A stretch of 52,403 bases of DNA, taken from IMG/VR virus record IMGVR_UViG_3300020161_001350, positions 1-52,403 of that record, one strand, 5' to 3'. Of this stretch, positions 35,121-44,317 are shown piece after piece; the stretch's first letter is position 1; every line of letters starts with the position of its first letter. A model generated the notes under the pieces. The model searched no databases and was not told where the DNA came from. It saw only the letters and a program-made list of their open reading frames with translations. The position numbers were made by a program, and so were the translations under genes. The stretch is from a virus (taxonomy: Duplodnaviria; Caudoviricetes).

Positions 35121-35818
35121 TGTTCAAAATCCTCACGCAGTAAAGAGTGCCATGTGCCATTGTATGGGCCTGGTGGAAATGGATGATTAATATTACAATA
35201 AACCAAGTTTTCTCCAACCATATTAAAATGTTTCCAATTTTCACTCATCAAATCTTCACACATCATCTGAGTACCACGATCATAGTGATGATCAATAAAA
35301 TCAAAAGCCTTTGCATATTTGTTCATATTTTCTGACGATGAAAAGGCAAATTGATCGTTACCAAAATCTCTTTGTGGCGTCATGCGACAATTTGGAATAT
35401 AAAGTTTACTATTGTCCAATTCAGTAAAAGGTATTGTAGCATTGATAGCAAAATCAAAACGAGAACGTATGACCCAATCGAAAATAATAGAGTTTTCTTC
35501 TTCATAAATGGTTTTTAATTCATTACATTTTTTAATAGCATATAACTGTGCATATGTTGATAATGCTGGATTTTTTACTTTCCAATTAGGTTGCGGTGGA
35601 GGAACTCTTGTATATTTTGATAAGTCTGGATTAATTGGTTCTTCAACCATCATCGCTTCAGGCTTATAAAGTTCAAAAGCTTTTTTTGTTTCTGGTGATT
35701 CCCATGTGTGTATAAAAACAGTTACATCATTATTGTTAATGATGTTTTGTTTATGGTATTCATATCCTTTTTCTACACAACGAGGTTGACCTGTAATACA
35801 TAATGCAATTTTAGCCAT
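35108..35818 (-). CDS. putative glycosyltransferase
   Basis: KIALCITGQPR, VFIHTW, FDWVIRSRFD, NDQFAF. Confidence 0.65.
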   Translation of the reverse strand: MAKIALCITGQPRCVEKGYEYHKQNIINNNDVTVFIHTWESPETKKAFELYKPEAMMVEEPINPDLSKYTRVPPPQPNWKVKNPALSTYAQLYAIKKCNELKTIYEEENSIIFDWVIRSRFDFAINATIPFTELDNSKLYIPNCRMTPQRDFGNDQFAFSSSENMNKYAKAFDFIDHHYDRGTQMMCEDLMSENWKHFNMVGENLVYCNINHPFPPGPYNGTWHSLLREDFEQWAR

Positions 35819-36650
35819 ATTTTGCCTCTAATATTTTTTTCCAATTAGGAATTCTATCATATTGATGAACAATTGTAAAGGGTATCCCGGTAGATGTTGT
35901 AACAATATCATCATTTATTTTTGGCTCGGCTTCAATTAAAAATGGTCTGAATTGTTCAATCTTAGTTGGATCTCCAGTTGTGCCAAGTTGTGCAGCCCAA
36001 GCATCTTCTGACCGCAAATACACCGAGGTTTCTTTATATGGCGACATTGAAATCATAAAGTTAAATGTGGATTGGTCACAAATAGGAATTGGTTTGCCTT
36101 GTGTAGAAACAAAGATATTACAAATCAAATCACGAACAGCATGACCACGACCAGCAAGAACACCCACATTATAAATTTCATTGTGTTTAAATTTACTGTA
36201 AATGAATTCGCCAAAAGTTTGAAGCAGATTTTCGTTGCCCCATGGCTCATCTTTGTAATACATGCTTTCAGAAGCAAACATTAGATTTTTATCGTCTGTT
36301 AAAGCTTTTTCCATGTAATCAATTGGATTTTGTTGAAAGACAACATCTTTCACATCGGTAGTAACAACATACCGATATTCGTTCTGTGATAGGAAGTTAT
36401 AGATGTGCAGAAATCTTTCCACATGTGGCGCCCGGCCAGTTTGTGGATAAGTTAAATTGCCTTGAGAATCTTGTTGAAAACCTACGACTTTGAATCCCGC
36501 ATCAGATACTTTTTTTACCGTATCTTTGTCGCAGTTCATTAGAATCAGGACCTTATCACCTTGGAATCCTGATTTGTTGATTGAATTTACCCAATATTTT
36601 AGGATATTCCAATCATAGTTTGTTGCACCACCAATTATCAAATCTTTCAT
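35811..36650 (-). CDS. putative GT-A nucleotide-diphospho-sugar transferase
   Basis: ERF, TTDVKDVVFQ.NP, YNVG, DQSTFN, IVHQYDR. Confidence 0.7.
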   Translation of the reverse strand: MKDLIIGGATNYDWNILKYWVNSINKSGFQGDKVLILMNCDKDTVKKVSDAGFKVVGFQQDSQGNLTYPQTGRAPHVERFLHIYNFLSQNEYRYVVTTDVKDVVFQQNPIDYMEKALTDDKNLMFASESMYYKDEPWGNENLLQTFGEFIYSKFKHNEIYNVGVLAGRGHAVRDLICNIFVSTQGKPIPICDQSTFNFMISMSPYKETSVYLRSEDAWAAQLGTTGDPTKIEQFRPFLIEAEPKINDDIVTTSTGIPFTIVHQYDRIPNWKKILEAKYG

Positions 36651-36671
36651 AACAACCTCATTGTGTATTAA

Positions 36672-37007
36672 TTACTTATGCTTGCTATAATCCTTAAATC
36701 GTTTAATTTCTTGGCCTGGAGTTCCGTTCTGATAATTTCGCCGTAATGTATCTGTTCCCCATTGACCTGCGCCAGCAACAGGCAATATATCTGGATTTGG
36801 TGATTTCTTTTCTTCACTTACACTTTTATGGAGTTTTACATTGGTAACAGACTGAATATGTTTCCAAGCGCCTTGTGTATCTTTATTCTTTAGATGCTGT
36901 TGAAGCTTCTTCTTTTGTTCTTCGTTGGCCTTTTGATGAAACTTAAACATTTCCATCGCACCAATATTGCCAACATAAGCGGCTTCATCTACCTTGCTTT
37001 TAAACAT
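36672..37007 (-). CDS. hypothetical protein (possible internal protein)
   Basis: VDE and VSEE putative cleavage sites; GAGQWGT...TPGQ. Confidence 0.7.
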   Translation of the reverse strand: MFKSKVDEAAYVGNIGAMEMFKFHQKANEEQKKKLQQHLKNKDTQGAWKHIQSVTNVKLHKSVSEEKKSPNPDILPVAGAGQWGTDTLRRNYQNGTPGQEIKRFKDYSKHK

Positions 37008-37291
37008 TAACCCCTCGTCAACTTTAATATTTTTTGCATTTGTTTTTCAATGATTGGTCCACGATTTGGCCAATGAATGTATGGTTGACTAGCAGACTTA
37101 TATAGATTGGTTAGAAAAGGCATAATAATTTTTTCTACTTGATCTAGCCTTGCTTTGTATTCTTCTACTGTTTCATCTTTTTCTGCAATAACTGCTTGAT
37201 ATTCAGCTTCATCGACCGTAGTAAAGCCAAAATCGTCTTCACCATATTCTTTGAGAATGTCGTTGATATTGTAAGTCATTATTTGTCCCAA
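37007..37291 (-). CDS. conserved hypothetical protein
   Basis: DFGF...L.NL...YIHWPNR. Confidence 0.75.
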   Translation of the reverse strand: MGQIMTYNINDILKEYGEDDFGFTTVDEAEYQAVIAEKDETVEEYKARLDQVEKIIMPFLTNLYKSASQPYIHWPNRGPIIEKQMQKILKLTRG

Positions 37292-38505
37292 TTCTTTGCT
37301 GCATTAAAGTTTGCTTGACTAAATTCTAAACGGTCAACCAATTTAACTGCATTACCTTTTAATCTATCTACTGCAACAAAACCTTCTGGTGCAGTAATTC
37401 TAAATCCATCATCTGTTTTTACAAATGTACCAATTGATTTGACTGTTTCTAACTTACGAACAATCATCAGTTTTGCATCTACTAATAGATTCTGTAAATC
37501 GAAGATGGATCGTAATTGTGCTGCATTTTGACGGAAGAACCGCATGAGTTCTGTTTTAGCGGCAATTCGTTTTCTCTTTGTTTCTTCTTTCTTTACATCA
37601 GCAATATCTTTATTTAGCTTCGCCTCAACCCAGCGAATCAATTCTAATGTGTGCTGATTTGTATTACTAATCTTTTTACCTTCACGCACTTTAGCATTAT
37701 TAAAAGTCTTAATGTAAGTTTTAATTATTTCGTTAGAGGCTATACGATTTAAAGTCATTGATGAAATGCTTTGAAATGTGCGACCTGCTAAAGAAAGTAT
37801 TGTGGTAAGTTGTTTCGTTTCTTCTTCTGTGAATGTAGCAGAACCAGAAGTGTCTACAAATGAAGCATCACGGAACCAAACATCTTTGGTATTTGTAAGA
37901 CCTCCAAGGTCAACATTGAAAGATGCCTTCATATCTTGCATCTTTTTACCTGTGTATGATGTGTGAAACACCACACCAATCTGTGCATCTAGCATTGAAC
38001 GAGCCAATTTTATATCAGAAGGCACCGCATAAACAATCGTGTTTGGTTGAAATGTAATGTATGATTCACCACCAATAACTTGTTTCTTAATATCGCCTTT
38101 TGTGAACATCATATCACCTTGCAAGACACCTTTGATGCCAAGTTTTGGTAGATAACGCAAGGCTACTTTGAGTTTTTGATTGAGGCCTTCTGTTGGATGA
38201 TTGTTGTCAATATCTTCATCTGTGTAGTTTAATTTTGGATTAACATTGAATACGCCTTTGGTGCCAACAAAGAATTTACCATTCTCAGGATTAACACCAG
38301 CAAAAATAGCAGGCGCACCATCCCATTTGGTCGTAACATTTACTTTTGATTCGGCATTACCTGCCAACATATTGCGAAGTGATTGTAGAAAGTTAATGGC
38401 AGACCTGGCACCAGATATGCCAAAATTTAGAACTTCATCCTCAATATGCTCAAGGTGAACATTCTTACCTTCTTTACCTTCTGTTAAGTATTCTGTGAAA
38501 TTCAT
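37279..38505 (-). CDS. DUF6267-like protein with ligase-type nucleotidyltransferase motifs
   Basis: KN.HLEHIED, TTKWDGAPA, QGDMMF, PEGFVA, VKLVDRLEFS; MNFTEYLTE leader. Confidence 0.8.
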   Translation of the reverse strand: MNFTEYLTEGKEGKNVHLEHIEDEVLNFGISGARSAINFLQSLRNMLAGNAESKVNVTTKWDGAPAIFAGVNPENGKFFVGTKGVFNVNPKLNYTDEDIDNNHPTEGLNQKLKVALRYLPKLGIKGVLQGDMMFTKGDIKKQVIGGESYITFQPNTIVYAVPSDIKLARSMLDAQIGVVFHTSYTGKKMQDMKASFNVDLGGLTNTKDVWFRDASFVDTSGSATFTEEETKQLTTILSLAGRTFQSISSMTLNRIASNEIIKTYIKTFNNAKVREGKKISNTNQHTLELIRWVEAKLNKDIADVKKEETKRKRIAAKTELMRFFRQNAAQLRSIFDLQNLLVDAKLMIVRKLETVKSIGTFVKTDDGFRITAPEGFVAVDRLKGNAVKLVDRLEFSQANFNAAKNWDK

Positions 38506-39611
38506 TAGCTATACTTTATAAAAATACTACTGTTTTTTGTAGCAGATGAAGCATATTCAAAAATGTATTTACAAAAATCATCTTCTTTTTTAGATTGCAA
38601 TACTGCGTATACTAAACTAATTCCAAGATATTTGGACATCCACCAAGTTTTATCTTTTCTATGACCAGCTTTTGCTTGCATTATTAAACTATCTAAACTG
38701 TCTTTAGATTTTGACAAGTATTTAAACATTGTAGCAAATTCTTTGAAATCAGAATCTTTTGGTTTTTCAATTGGTACTTGATTGGGTTGTGTCAATTTCG
38801 TTCTAGGAACTCCAGATTCTATAGCACCAGACATTATAACTCCGCCACCAATTTTTCCGCCTGCAGCACTTTTACCTTTAATTTCTCCTTGCCAAGAAGA
38901 TGGTTGTGGTCTACTAGAAAAATTACGAAATTGAATTTCGCCATCAACACCTTCTGATTTATATTGTATGTAAATATCTTTTGAATCAAACATATTTGCG
39001 CCGAGTTTTATCCCTCTAAACTGTGCTATGAGTGGTTTACCATTATTAAAAATCTTAGAATGTGCTTCAGTTGCTTTTGGGTCTAACTTTTTTAAAGAAA
39101 TGCCAATCAAATTGGTTTTTGCAAACTCATCATAAATGTAACGGTTATAATCTCTAAGTGTTGGCCATCCTTCTTTCAATCTAAAATCTTTTTTAGCCAT
39201 CCAAATATCAGCAGGATTCCATTTGTCATCACCAGAAATGCCACTATCTTTTTTAAATTGTCTCCATTGACCGTAAATGGAATCTACAAATCTACCACCA
39301 CGATAAAATTTAAATCTTTTTCCTGTTTTAGCACTAGGTACTTCTTCAAAAATTTTATTTGCTGTTTTTACAATACTGAGAAACCATTTTTCATCGAGGC
39401 CTTTCATACATTGTTTTAGTGTTCTATCGCAATCAGCATCAGCGATTGTTCTTTCTGTAACCTGAGATATATCACCAAGAGGTTTACCATAATGTTGTCT
39501 AGTTGCACAAGCATATGCCTGCAAAGATTCTGCTAATGCGGTCACTTCTGCACCAGCACCAGATTGACTTGAATTATCAGTATTGACTTTAGTAGGAATT
39601 TTCATATTCAT
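38505..39611 (-). CDS. putative PD-(D/E)xK-like nuclease
   Basis: AESLQA, DKWNPADIW, IGISLKK. Confidence 0.55.
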   Translation of the reverse strand: MNMKIPTKVNTDNSSQSGAGAEVTALAESLQAYACATRQHYGKPLGDISQVTERTIADADCDRTLKQCMKGLDEKWFLSIVKTANKIFEEVPSAKTGKRFKFYRGGRFVDSIYGQWRQFKKDSGISGDDKWNPADIWMAKKDFRLKEGWPTLRDYNRYIYDEFAKTNLIGISLKKLDPKATEAHSKIFNNGKPLIAQFRGIKLGANMFDSKDIYIQYKSEGVDGEIQFRNFSSRPQPSSWQGEIKGKSAAGGKIGGGVIMSGAIESGVPRTKLTQPNQVPIEKPKDSDFKEFATMFKYLSKSKDSLDSLIMQAKAGHRKDKTWWMSKYLGISLVYAVLQSKKEDDFCKYIFEYASSATKNSSIFIKYS

Positions 39612-39612
39612 G

Positions 39613-39620
39613 TATTTATC
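39613..39620 (-). promoter_or_regulatory. T4-type late promoter variant GATAAATA
   Basis: Intergenic, at the head of the putative late block. Confidence 0.5.
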
Positions 39621-39629
39621 CTACCACGA

Positions 39630-40745
39630 CTATCTGATAATGTCAATCTCCTTATCACCAGTCCAAACTTCTATCTCTGTTCTCAGTCGATTTTCTGTCT
39701 GAAGTGTTGTAAATCTACTACAAGCCTTCTTTTTCCACCACTCTACGATGTTTTCTAAGTGGTGTTTATCGTAGTTTTCCTTGTCTGGTACAAGTTTATC
39801 TATCTTTCCTAGTACCACATCTTTAAAGTTGGAAAAGCCATAGTTTGAATAATAGTATCGTTTTCTTTCAGTCAAACCTTTGGCCTTTTCAATAGTGTTC
39901 ATAAACAAGTCATAATCACTTTTATGATTCTTTAATGCTGATTTGGTCATAGCAATAATTGTGGTACTAATTTTAAGTTTACGACTACTTGCATCAGCAG
40001 GAACAAATTCGCCTACAATATCTTCAACATAGTTCTTTAAATCTTCATAAGGTTTGCCGTGCATCATTGGTAGAAAATTGGATTCAGTTACACCGCCAAA
40101 TCGCAAATAAGGTTTCATACCATCGTACTGTGATACGGCTTTTGTGGTGCCATATAAACTGGTCGTTTCAAACAAGCAAGTATTCATATTATATTTTTTG
40201 TCCAGCATCTCTCTTACTTCATGTGAACAACAGATACCTGCAAGTAACTTTCCGCCAAGATAATTGAAACCAAAAGGCTGTGCTGGCACAATAACAAATC
40301 CCATAGCTGAAGCCCGATTGAAAGCTTTTGTTGTTTCTAGTTCGTTTGTCATTACACAACCAAGAAGTTCATTTCTTGGTTTCATCATAATCGTTGGAGA
40401 ACCAAGACGAATAAAACCAACCCACTTCTTCGTTTTCTTTTCCATTACAGCAAGGCGTATATTTCGGCCAGGACTACTAAGGTTGTTGTGTGATGAAATT
40501 ATATCCAAATATAACTGCCATCTTGCTGATTCTAATTCAACAACTTCAAACTCCATGTCTTGTGGGTTTATAGTGAAGTCATCAAATAAATCTGCTTCAG
40601 GTCCACAACCAGGTAGAGCAAAAGGCAACTCAGCAAGAGAGTTTAGTTTCTGCTCACGCATATATTCATCAATGCGATTGAAATCGCCAAAATAATCTTC
40701 AAAGACCTTAGCACAATGTAAGGCCTGATCATAATTCAAACTCAT
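39630..40745 (-). CDS. DUF4338 / DruA-like protein
   Basis: PGR, GFIRLGSP, P.QPFG.N.LGGKLLA, TTSLYG, SQYDG. Confidence 0.7.
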   Translation of the reverse strand: MSLNYDQALHCAKVFEDYFGDFNRIDEYMREQKLNSLAELPFALPGCGPEADLFDDFTINPQDMEFEVVELESARWQLYLDIISSHNNLSSPGRNIRLAVMEKKTKKWVGFIRLGSPTIMMKPRNELLGCVMTNELETTKAFNRASAMGFVIVPAQPFGFNYLGGKLLAGICCSHEVREMLDKKYNMNTCLFETTSLYGTTKAVSQYDGMKPYLRFGGVTESNFLPMMHGKPYEDLKNYVEDIVGEFVPADASSRKLKISTTIIAMTKSALKNHKSDYDLFMNTIEKAKGLTERKRYYYSNYGFSNFKDVVLGKIDKLVPDKENYDKHHLENIVEWWKKKACSRFTTLQTENRLRTEIEVWTGDKEIDIIR

Positions 40746-42145
40746 ACTTTTAAGCCGCCAAAGTTACGATTAAATTTACCTTCACGATTACCAAATGTAT
40801 TGATTGGGCCTGGATCTTCATCTTGACCAGAATCAGTAATGCCTTGTTGTGCTGATTCTTCCACATCATACAATCTCATCTTAGACCTATCAACACCGAC
40901 AACAAATCGTTTGAAGGCATTTGGATCAGAATAACGATTCTTTAATTGTTTGACAAGTATTTGATTCAGGCTTTCTAGTTCTTCATTTGTAATTAAAGCA
41001 AACATAAAGTCGGCAGTTGCAGGCAGACCAAATGATTCACTTGTATCTTCCAAACCAGGATCAGAATTGGTGAAACCACTTCTTGTCGTTTGTGTCGCAG
41101 AAACAATTGGTAGATTATTTTCTACAGCAAGACCACGCAGTTCTTCAGCAATCGATTTGATATAAGTGTAACTGTTCACATTACCGCCAGGTTTGATTCG
41201 AGCAGAGGCACAGATGTTCAAATAATCAATAAAGATAATATCTGGTTTAAAACTCTTTTTCAAAGCCAACTCACTCAATAAAGCACGAAAGTGTAATGAT
41301 GAAGCACTTGCAGTTGGATATTCTTTGATGATTAGCTTGCCATGTGTTTTAACTTTAAGTGCTTCAAACTTGCGTTCATAATCATTCTTACTCATTGTAT
41401 GTAGCTCATTGAAATCAACATTCAATAAGTTTGCATCGATTCGTTCTGCAATCTTTTCTTCTGCCATTTCCAATGTGATATACAAAACATTATGGCCTTG
41501 TGACAAACAACTGCCAGCCATATGACACATAAACAATGATTTACCAACACCAGTACCAGCAAGTGCGATGTTCAAAGTTTTAACTGGTAGACCGCCTTTT
41601 GTAATTTTGTTGAAAATATCCAAATCAAAGCGAACACGGCTTTCTACACGATGATAGAAATCATATCGATCATCAAAGTCTTGCATATAATCGTGACCAA
41701 CATTACTGTCAAATGAAACACCAAGAGCATCACTCAATAACTTTGGTATTTCTCCTTTTGATTTTTTGGAGTTTTTGTCATCAAGGATATGCACAGACTC
41801 CATGATGGCATTGTAGATGGCTTTATCTTGGCAAAACTTTTCTGTTTGCTCAGAAATCCATGCCAACTCTACAGTTTCATCTTTTGTTTCTTTGATTACA
41901 TTGAGAAGTTCAATCGCCGACTTAACTTGAGGTTCAGTTAGCGATTTACTTTCGGTGAGATTAATTACAAGTGCTTCGTGTGATGGAAGGTTTTTGTATT
42001 TGTTGGTAAATTCAAAAACTTCTTTGAAAAGAATTCTTTCAGCATCATCAGAAAAATAATCAGAACGAATGAATGGTATTACTTTGCGTGTAAATGCTTC
42101 ATTGTAAATTAAATTCTTCAGTATCGTCTGTTCCAGCCTTGTCAT
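40742..42145 (-). CDS. 41: replicative DNA helicase (T4 gp41-like)
   Basis: LAGTGVGKS, ITLEMAE, IKEYPT, DYLNI, SATQTTRSG, SESFGLP. Confidence 0.97.
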   Translation of the reverse strand: MTRLEQTILKNLIYNEAFTRKVIPFIRSDYFSDDAERILFKEVFEFTNKYKNLPSHEALVINLTESKSLTEPQVKSAIELLNVIKETKDETVELAWISEQTEKFCQDKAIYNAIMESVHILDDKNSKKSKGEIPKLLSDALGVSFDSNVGHDYMQDFDDRYDFYHRVESRVRFDLDIFNKITKGGLPVKTLNIALAGTGVGKSLFMCHMAGSCLSQGHNVLYITLEMAEEKIAERIDANLLNVDFNELHTMSKNDYERKFEALKVKTHGKLIIKEYPTASASSLHFRALLSELALKKSFKPDIIFIDYLNICASARIKPGGNVNSYTYIKSIAEELRGLAVENNLPIVSATQTTRSGFTNSDPGLEDTSESFGLPATADFMFALITNEELESLNQILVKQLKNRYSDPNAFKRFVVGVDRSKMRLYDVEESAQQGITDSGQDEDPGPINTFGNREGKFNRNFGGLKV

Positions 42146-42452
42146 CTAGTTCTTTCTTTTTCAGAAGGTTGTTATCAAAAATAGACACTAATATGTCACC
42201 CATCATTGTATCAAATTTTTTATTTGATTGCAAGTCTTTAAATTCAAATTTACCTGGATTATCCAAGAAATAATCAAATTTAATTCTCGGAGGATCTTCT
42301 TCTACCACTTCAATCGTACCGTAGTGATAAACTACGCCTTCAAATTTACCTTTTAATATACGAATAGAAGTAACTTTATCGACACCATCCATGTCAATAA
42401 ATCCATAATCCTCACCTTCAACAGGCCACTTTTTCTCAGGCAGTAATTTCAT
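42099..42452 (-). CDS. gp40-like protein (by position)
   Basis: Lies between uvsX and gp41 as in T4; function inferred from synteny only. Confidence 0.55.
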   Translation of the reverse strand: MKLLPEKKWPVEGEDYGFIDMDGVDKVTSIRILKGKFEGVVYHYGTIEVVEEDPPRIKFDYFLDNPGKFEFKDLQSNKKFDTMMGDILVSIFDNNLLKKKELDDKAGTDDTEEFNLQ

Positions 42453-43482
42453 TTTCTTCTTCTTGTAAAATAGAACCAAACGAAATGGAATATTTTTGTT
42501 TAATAAATTCTTTAAACTTTTTATCGTCTAAAATATCTTTCCAAAAGTCTTTAGAGTTGGTGTCTGTTTCTCGTAATTTTGCGCCAAGTTCTCCTGTTTT
42601 TTGATCAACCTTTGAATACCAACCTGGAGACGGTTTTTGAATAAAACCTCCTTCAATCGCAATCTCTAAAAGGCCAGAATATTTTTGAATTCCGCCTTCA
42701 AATGATACTGTAACAGGAATTTTAGATTTTTCTCTTACAAATCTAGATTTTTCTACATTAATAATAAAGTTATAGCCTGTTACTTCGCCAGCATTTTTAT
42801 CTTGTTGGCGACCAAGAATCCAAATGGTATCTGCTGAGTAGTAAGAACCTGTGCCACCACCAACAATATCTTTAGGAAACATACCAATCTCTTTATATGT
42901 GTGATTTACTACAACCATTGGTACATCTTTAATTGTGAGGTGCGGCGTAATCATACGAAACAATGATTTGATTTGTTTAGCACGGGTCATATCTGCAACA
43001 GATTTGCCTTCGAGTGAATCTTCAACTTCTTTGCGTGATGCCAAATTACCAATGGAATCAATGATAACAATCACTTTGTCATTTTTATCCAAGCCTTGTA
43101 ATTGATTCATCACATCGTGTTTTAATTCTTCAATGTCAGTAAGTGGTGTATGAAGAACACGATTCATGTCAATGTTAAAAGTTTCAAAATATTTTTGTGG
43201 TGTTCCAAATTCCGAATCATAAAATAAACAAACTGCATCTTTATATTTTTTTAGATAAGAAGATGCCAACAAAAGAGCAAATGCAGTTTTAAAGTGTTTA
43301 GAAGGTCCTGCCAACATGGTAAGGCCAGGAGTTAACCCGCCATCTAGTTGACCTGATAATGCCACATTGACCATTGGCACATCAGTTGGTATCATATCCT
43401 TTTCATTAAAGAATTTGGATTTAGCAAGAATAGACGAATCTTTAATCGTTGTATTCTTTTTCAATTTATCTAATAAACTCAT
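42436..43482 (-). CDS. uvsX: RecA-like recombinase
   Basis: AGPSKHFKT, FYDSEFG, DSIGNLAS, DMTRAK, VNHTY. Confidence 0.97.
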   Translation of the reverse strand: MSLLDKLKKNTTIKDSSILAKSKFFNEKDMIPTDVPMVNVALSGQLDGGLTPGLTMLAGPSKHFKTAFALLLASSYLKKYKDAVCLFYDSEFGTPQKYFETFNIDMNRVLHTPLTDIEELKHDVMNQLQGLDKNDKVIVIIDSIGNLASRKEVEDSLEGKSVADMTRAKQIKSLFRMITPHLTIKDVPMVVVNHTYKEIGMFPKDIVGGGTGSYYSADTIWILGRQQDKNAGEVTGYNFIINVEKSRFVREKSKIPVTVSFEGGIQKYSGLLEIAIEGGFIQKPSPGWYSKVDQKTGELGAKLRETDTNSKDFWKDILDDKKFKEFIKQKYSISFGSILQEEENEITA

Positions 43483-43483
43483 A

Positions 43484-44317
43484 TTAAAATGAACCTCCGT
43501 CAAGTCGTTTAATTTTTTCTTTGGGTATAATTTCGTTTGAAGTTGTATCTAAGTACGGCTTAAATGGTACATCATTTTCAGGCTGATTGTCAAGCTTTTC
43601 TTCTCGTTTAAAGGTAAACTTTGGCCAATTTATTTGTTTTTCGTGCGGTTTTAATTTGCGGTATGTTTGTTGGGCAGCAATTAACAATAAAACGGCAAGT
43701 GGATCAAATACAAAAATAATTGTAATAATTACTGCTCTTACAGCTTTATCTATGAATGATGGATCTTCCTTATCGTAGAACATTTCGGCGATGTACTTAA
43801 TAGGACCAATCTCGGCCGCCAATTTGTTTTCTTCTGCCATCAGAGGTAGTTTTTGTTCAGAAAGTTTCTTTAACTCTGCTTGTGTAGCACGAATATCTCG
43901 GTCAACCCTTGGAGTAATTTTTTCTGGATCAGAAGCTTGCTTTAACAAATAATTTAATCTTTCACGAGCAATCTTTTCCTGTGCTTCAACTGTTCGTAAT
44001 TGAACCGTATTGGCACCAAGAGTTACATTCGATTCTAAGTGAGCTTTTGAAAGATAACCAAAAATGCCCATTGATGTAATCAGCATCAACAAAACAATGG
44101 CAGTTAAAAAATAATATTTTAAAGCTTTCGTCGTTGCTTTCCAATTATTGTAAACCCAAGATACTGTTACTAACTTTGCAACTTCTAATACTGCACCCAT
44201 AATAATAATTGGCCAAAAAGAACCAGGAAATATTTGTGCTAAACCAATCACAGAATAAAATGCAGCAATGGCAGAAAGTGCCAGAGCGGTAATTAGTGGA
44301 AAAATAACTTGTGTCAT
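43484..44317 (-). CDS. multi-TM membrane protein with coiled coil
   Basis: Three N-terminal TMs, LITSMGIFGYLSKAH, E.GPIKYIAE, IFVFDPLAV. Confidence 0.8.
   Translation of the reverse strand: MTQVIFPLITALALSAIAAFYSVIGLAQIFPGSFWPIIIMGAVLEVAKLVTVSWVYNNWKATTKALKYYFLTAIVLLMLITSMGIFGYLSKAHLESNVTLGANTVQLRTVEAQEKIARERLNYLLKQASDPEKITPRVDRDIRATQAELKKLSEQKLPLMAEENKLAAEIGPIKYIAEMFYDKEDPSFIDKAVRAVIITIIFVFDPLAVLLLIAAQQTYRKLKPHEKQINWPKFTFKREEKLDNQPENDVPFKPYLDTTSNEIIPKEKIKRLDGGSF

Noticed and set aside
39630-40745. Complete Druantia system
   Set aside because: No DruE-like helicase or other Dru genes; the neighbour is the ordinary gp41.
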